This document shows positions 61,067-64,000 of a stretch of DNA of 64,000 nt, piece after piece; positions within the stretch are counted from its first letter, which is position 1; every line of letters begins with the position of its first letter. The stretch is taken from assembly GCA_049509875.1 (NCBI GenBank), contig JBEKZM010000008.1, forward strand, positions 42,125 through 106,124, written 5' to 3'. This DNA comes from Verrucomicrobiota bacterium. GTDB taxonomy: Bacteria; Verrucomicrobiota; Verrucomicrobiia; Limisphaerales; UBA11358. The position numbers were made by a program, and so were the translations under genes. Below the pieces are notes generated by a model, which saw only the letters and a program-made list of their open reading frames with translations, was not told the DNA's origin and searched no databases.

Positions 61067-62341
61067 CTAAGCGGCGGCGTGTTTGGCACGGTTCTCCAAA
61101 AAATTGCGCCGCCATTGGGCGCGCAAGGGCTTGCCCGTTCCGTTGCTGCTGATGGTTTCGACGAACCACCATTCGCGGGGCACCTGCCAGCCGGGCAGTT
61201 TCTGAAGCAGGAAATGCTTTAGCTCGTCCCGGCTGCTGGGCCGGTCCGCCGCCACGCAGGCCACGATGAGATCCATGCGATCCTCCATCCCGCTGGGCAC
61301 GCCAAAGACCACGCACTCGGCCACGGCCTCGTGTTCCCGCAGGGCCTGCTCAATGATGGTCGGCGAAATCTTTCGTCCCGCCACGTTGATGTGGTCGTCG
61401 TTCCGTCCGCGCAGCAGAATTTCGCCATCCTCGAGGTCGGCCAGATCGCAGGTTTGAAAAACGCCACGGTCCAGCGCGGGCTCGGCGGTTGGCCAGTAGG
61501 TCTTGCCCACGGCCCGGCTGCACACCCGCAACGCGCCGTTGCCGCCCACTTCCACCCGCACGTTCTTCAGCGGGCGGCCCACCGAGGATTCCTCCAGGCG
61601 GGGCGATTCGGACGCATCGTAGGCAATGCCCCCGCATTCGGTGGAACCGTAGAAATTGTGGATCTTGAGGCCGTGCTGCTCGAAGACGGCCCGCTCCAGC
61701 GAAAGCGGCAGCGGGGCGCCGGCCGAAATGGCCAGGCGCACATTCCGCAATATGGCGCCGGCCTTGTGCCAGGCGTGCCACAGTGCCGGGACGCCGGCGA
61801 CGGTCAGATTCTCATGCGCATGGGCCGCGCAACGCAGGGCCAGCGGCAGCGGCGAGGGAACCAGAATCAGGGGAACGCCGTGCAGCAGCAACGGCAGGAC
61901 CAGGCTGGAAAAACCGTAGGAGTAAGCCAGCGAAATCAAGCCCAGGTTCGGCCAGTCTGGCCGCAGTCCCATGGTGGCCACGATGTTCCCGGCATCGGCG
62001 GCCAGCTGTTCCCCGGTGAAGGCGACGGCGCGCGGCACCCCGATGCTGGCAGGGGTGGTCTTGAGGTGGCAGCACGGCCGCCGCGGCGGCGAAACCGCCA
62101 GCGGTTGATGATGCAAATCCAGCGGACAGACGACGCTGCCGGCGCGCCACGCGCGCAGCACGGTCAAAATGAATTCCGGAGAATTGCCTTGGGGATAGAC
62201 CATGGCCGGCTTTTCGGCCCGGGGCAGTTCCGCCTCCGCCCGCAATTCCGAGAACGTCCAGCATCGTCCGGAAGCCAAATCGCGCAGCGCAATTTCTTTT
62301 TGCCGTTCCTCGACCACCTTCTGCCAACGTTCGTAGAGCAT
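61067..62341 (-). CDS. AMP-dependent synthetase/ligase (acyl/aryl-CoA ligase-like, short)
   Basis: FYGSTECGGIAYD (YGxTE-type) and GRNDDHINVAGRKISP (GRxDDxIxxxGxxIxP-type) motifs. Start trimmed to the ATG at 62341 (MLYERWQKV...). Confidence 0.8.
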   Translation of the reverse strand: MLYERWQKVVEERQKEIALRDLASGRCWTFSELRAEAELPRAEKPAMVYPQGNSPEFILTVLRAWRAGSVVCPLDLHHQPLAVSPPRRPCCHLKTTPASIGVPRAVAFTGEQLAADAGNIVATMGLRPDWPNLGLISLAYSYGFSSLVLPLLLHGVPLILVPSPLPLALRCAAHAHENLTVAGVPALWHAWHKAGAILRNVRLAISAGAPLPLSLERAVFEQHGLKIHNFYGSTECGGIAYDASESPRLEESSVGRPLKNVRVEVGGNGALRVCSRAVGKTYWPTAEPALDRGVFQTCDLADLEDGEILLRGRNDDHINVAGRKISPTIIEQALREHEAVAECVVFGVPSGMEDRMDLIVACVAADRPSSRDELKHFLLQKLPGWQVPREWWFVETISSNGTGKPLRAQWRRNFLENRAKHAAA

Positions 62342-62446
62342 CTTGTTCCTGCTTGTAATAAGCCATCGCCGGTTTGACTTGCAAGCGGAATTCGCAGGAG
62401 CGCGGGCGGCGGGTCGCCTCGGGCGCACCTTGACAATGCCCCCCAA

Positions 62447-62636
62447 ACAAGGAGCCGTGCGTCCCCGTACCGGAGCGCGAGTTTGCGACTCGCAGCGTTA
62501 TTGCCAGTCAAAACGCGTGTGAACTTGACGGCCACCGTGAGGATTCATCAGTTGCTGTGGCTCACAGCCGCGCTCCGCACGGAGCGCGAGTCTGTGACTC
62601 GCAGCAACTTCGCCCGGCAGAGGGTTTACGAATTGC
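62447..62636 (+). repeat. Palindromic intergenic repeat, family R1, copy c
   Basis: tgccccccaaacaaggagc..cggagcgcgagtttgcgactcgcagcgttattgccagtcaaaacgcgtg..gattcatcagttgctgtggctcacagccgcgctccgcacggagcgcgagtctgtgactcgcagc..ggtttacgaattgc. Perfect palindromes CGCGCTCCG-ca-CGGAGCGCG and GCGAGTC-tgt-GACTCGC. Confidence 0.9.
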
Positions 62637-62646
62637 TCCCGCTCCT

Positions 62647-63693
62647 CTATCTCGTCTGCTTGAACAGGCATTGCCATAGCCGGCCGGAACCGAGCAGCAC
62701 GGGTCCAAAACCGACTTGGAGGACGGGTGACATCATCATCCATTGCAACAGCCTCGCCCAGAACAAGCGGCACGCAAAAGCCGCGTCGCACCGTTGTGCA
62801 ATCTGCTGCCGCGCGTCCGGCCAGGCCAGACGCCCCTCGCTGTAGGCCGCCAGGGGATCGATGGCCATTTCAGCGGACTCAAAAGCCATGGACATGCCAT
62901 TCCCAGTGACGGGCGGCGTCATCGTCAGCGCGTCACCAACGCAACATTCAGCCGGCTCGGCGCGCCGGGGTTTCAAGCGCAAGCCGGCCACGGCGCAAAA
63001 GGAGTCCGCGGCAAACTCGGCCGACCGCAAACGATCGCGGAGCAGCGAGCCGTTCCCGCCGCGCAACCAATCCAGCTTTGATTCCGGCCGGGCGCTGTTT
63101 TCACGAATCCGAAACAGTCCGCACACATTGATTTCGCCCGCGTTGATGCGGTTGAGACCGACGTATCCGTGCGGGGAGACATGCATCTCCAAATCCGCCT
63201 CCAGCGGCACCCGGCAGTGGCTGAACACGTGGGCCTTGACGCCAATCCAGCGGGGCCAATGTTCCACTGGCTGGGCGCGCCGCCCGCAGGCATGAACCAA
63301 ACCTTCACGCCGTTCGGCCAGCGGCCGGCGGTCATTCAGCCGCAATTCGCCGCCGCCCTCCGCAAACGATTTTGCCAGCAGGGCGTCGAGCGTGTGGCGC
63401 GAGAGACACAGCGCGGGCGCCGGCAGCGGCCGGACCGGCGAGCGATGCCGGCCGCAAACAAACATGGCCGTGCGCGCCTGAATCGCCCCGGCTTCCTGGC
63501 AGCGCGCCAGCAATCCCTGCCGCTCCAGCACGGCCAGGCCCTGGCCGCAGATGAATTCACCGCAGACGCGATGGCGCGGGTAATGCCCGGCTTCGCAGAT
63601 CGTCACTGGCACGCCGCGGCGGCGCAGGCCCAGGCCCAGGGTCAATCCGGCCAGTCCGCCGCCGACAATTGTGATGGATTTGCCCGCGGCCAT
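62647..63693 (-). CDS. FAD-dependent oxidoreductase (geranylgeranyl-reductase / flavin monooxygenase-like)
   Basis: ITIVGGGLAGLTLGLGL dinucleotide-binding motif. 348 aa from the ATG at 63693. Confidence 0.8.
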   Translation of the reverse strand: MAAGKSITIVGGGLAGLTLGLGLRRRGVPVTICEAGHYPRHRVCGEFICGQGLAVLERQGLLARCQEAGAIQARTAMFVCGRHRSPVRPLPAPALCLSRHTLDALLAKSFAEGGGELRLNDRRPLAERREGLVHACGRRAQPVEHWPRWIGVKAHVFSHCRVPLEADLEMHVSPHGYVGLNRINAGEINVCGLFRIRENSARPESKLDWLRGGNGSLLRDRLRSAEFAADSFCAVAGLRLKPRRAEPAECCVGDALTMTPPVTGNGMSMAFESAEMAIDPLAAYSEGRLAWPDARQQIAQRCDAAFACRLFWARLLQWMMMSPVLQVGFGPVLLGSGRLWQCLFKQTR

Positions 63694-63697
63694 GGCT

Positions 63698-64000
63698 TCA
63701 CTCTTTCCGCCGCGCAACAAACAGATGGCTGGTGAGACCGGCCGGCCGTTCCGTCAGCCGCCAGCTCTCCTGGTCCGGCCAAAGCGCGGAAATTTCGCGG
63801 CCGGCAAATCCCGCGCGGATGCTGATCTGGGCGTCGTGGCGCGTCACGGGGCCGCAGCCGATGGCCCACAAAAGCCGTCCGCAACACCGCGGCAGCCAGG
63901 ACCGGCGCGGCTCCAGCGCGACCACCACGCGTGCAGCGTCCGCCGCGAGCCGGAGCATTTCCCGGAGCGGCTCCGCTTCGAATTGGTGCAAGAAGAGATT
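63698..64000 (-). CDS. Probable SAM-dependent methyltransferase, C-terminal ~100 aa only (gene starts beyond the right edge)
   Basis: The minus-strand frame is open to the window edge (..NLFLHQFEAEPLREMLRLAADAARVVVALEPRR...). The stop lies 4 nt upstream of the oxidoreductase start. The function call rests on the LFLHxF-type segment recalled from methyltransferases in similar clusters, so it is weak. Confidence 0.5.
   Translation of the reverse strand, partial: NLFLHQFEAEPLREMLRLAADAARVVVALEPRRSWLPRCCGRLLWAIGCGPVTRHDAQISIRAGFAGREISALWPDQESWRLTERPAGLTSHLFVARRKE

Overview
High-G+C bacterial chromosomal window. The gene content suggests a PVC-group (Verrucomicrobiota-like) organism: a prepilin-like H-X9-DG protein, a PD40 beta-propeller protein of over 1000 aa, a REC-DUF4388 regulator, a GxxExxY cassette and dense palindromic intergenic repeats. 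This is inference only; no search was run. Layout: (1) 1-15.2 kb, minus strand: a partial ABC-2-like permease, then a contiguous complex I cluster nuoB-C-D-E / antisense tRNA-Gln / nuoF-G-H-I-J-K-L-M-N, with no nuoA. (2) 15.3-33.7 kb: signalling and housekeeping genes. These are an RsbW-GAF-PP2C fusion plus a CheY-like receiver, uppP, an AT-richer islet of orphan ORFs, two oxidoreductases, a nonsense-interrupted esterase, an ABC-F ATPase, rplM-rpsI, argC, a methyltransferase and a NarL/NarX-type two-component pair. (3) 34.0-44.1 kb, plus strand: an acyl-CoA-dehydrogenase-like / ETF:quinone oxidoreductase / divergent etfB-etfA locus. It is interrupted by a flavodoxin-like reductase, a GH10 fusion protein and an inverted-repeat-flanked GxxExxY cassette. 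(4) 45.0-49.3 kb: the most interesting object, a compact, AT-richer Mu/Tn7-superfamily transposon. It has a DDE transposase, an enlarged AAA+ ATPase, a small divergent ORF and TGTCGGGTTT..TGCAGAG end motifs. It sits about 100-140 bp downstream of tRNA-Arg(CCG), and no target-selector gene is recognisable. (5) 49.7-64 kb: a Spy/CpxP-like protein, hemL, rhamnulokinase, a frameshifted PD40 giant protein, an H-X9-DG protein, a HEAT / REC-DUF4388 / roadblock-like operon, and an AMP-ligase / FAD-oxidoreductase / methyltransferase cluster that runs off the right edge. Three repeat systems recur: a palindromic element of ~120-250 bp (3 loci), a ~110 bp element carrying GGGGAGAGGGCCGGGGTGAGGGCGGGCTT (2 loci), and period-7 tandem repeats. 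Many long ORFs in the track are antisense shadow ORFs of real genes and were rejected. No CRISPR array, rRNA, integrase or cas gene was seen.
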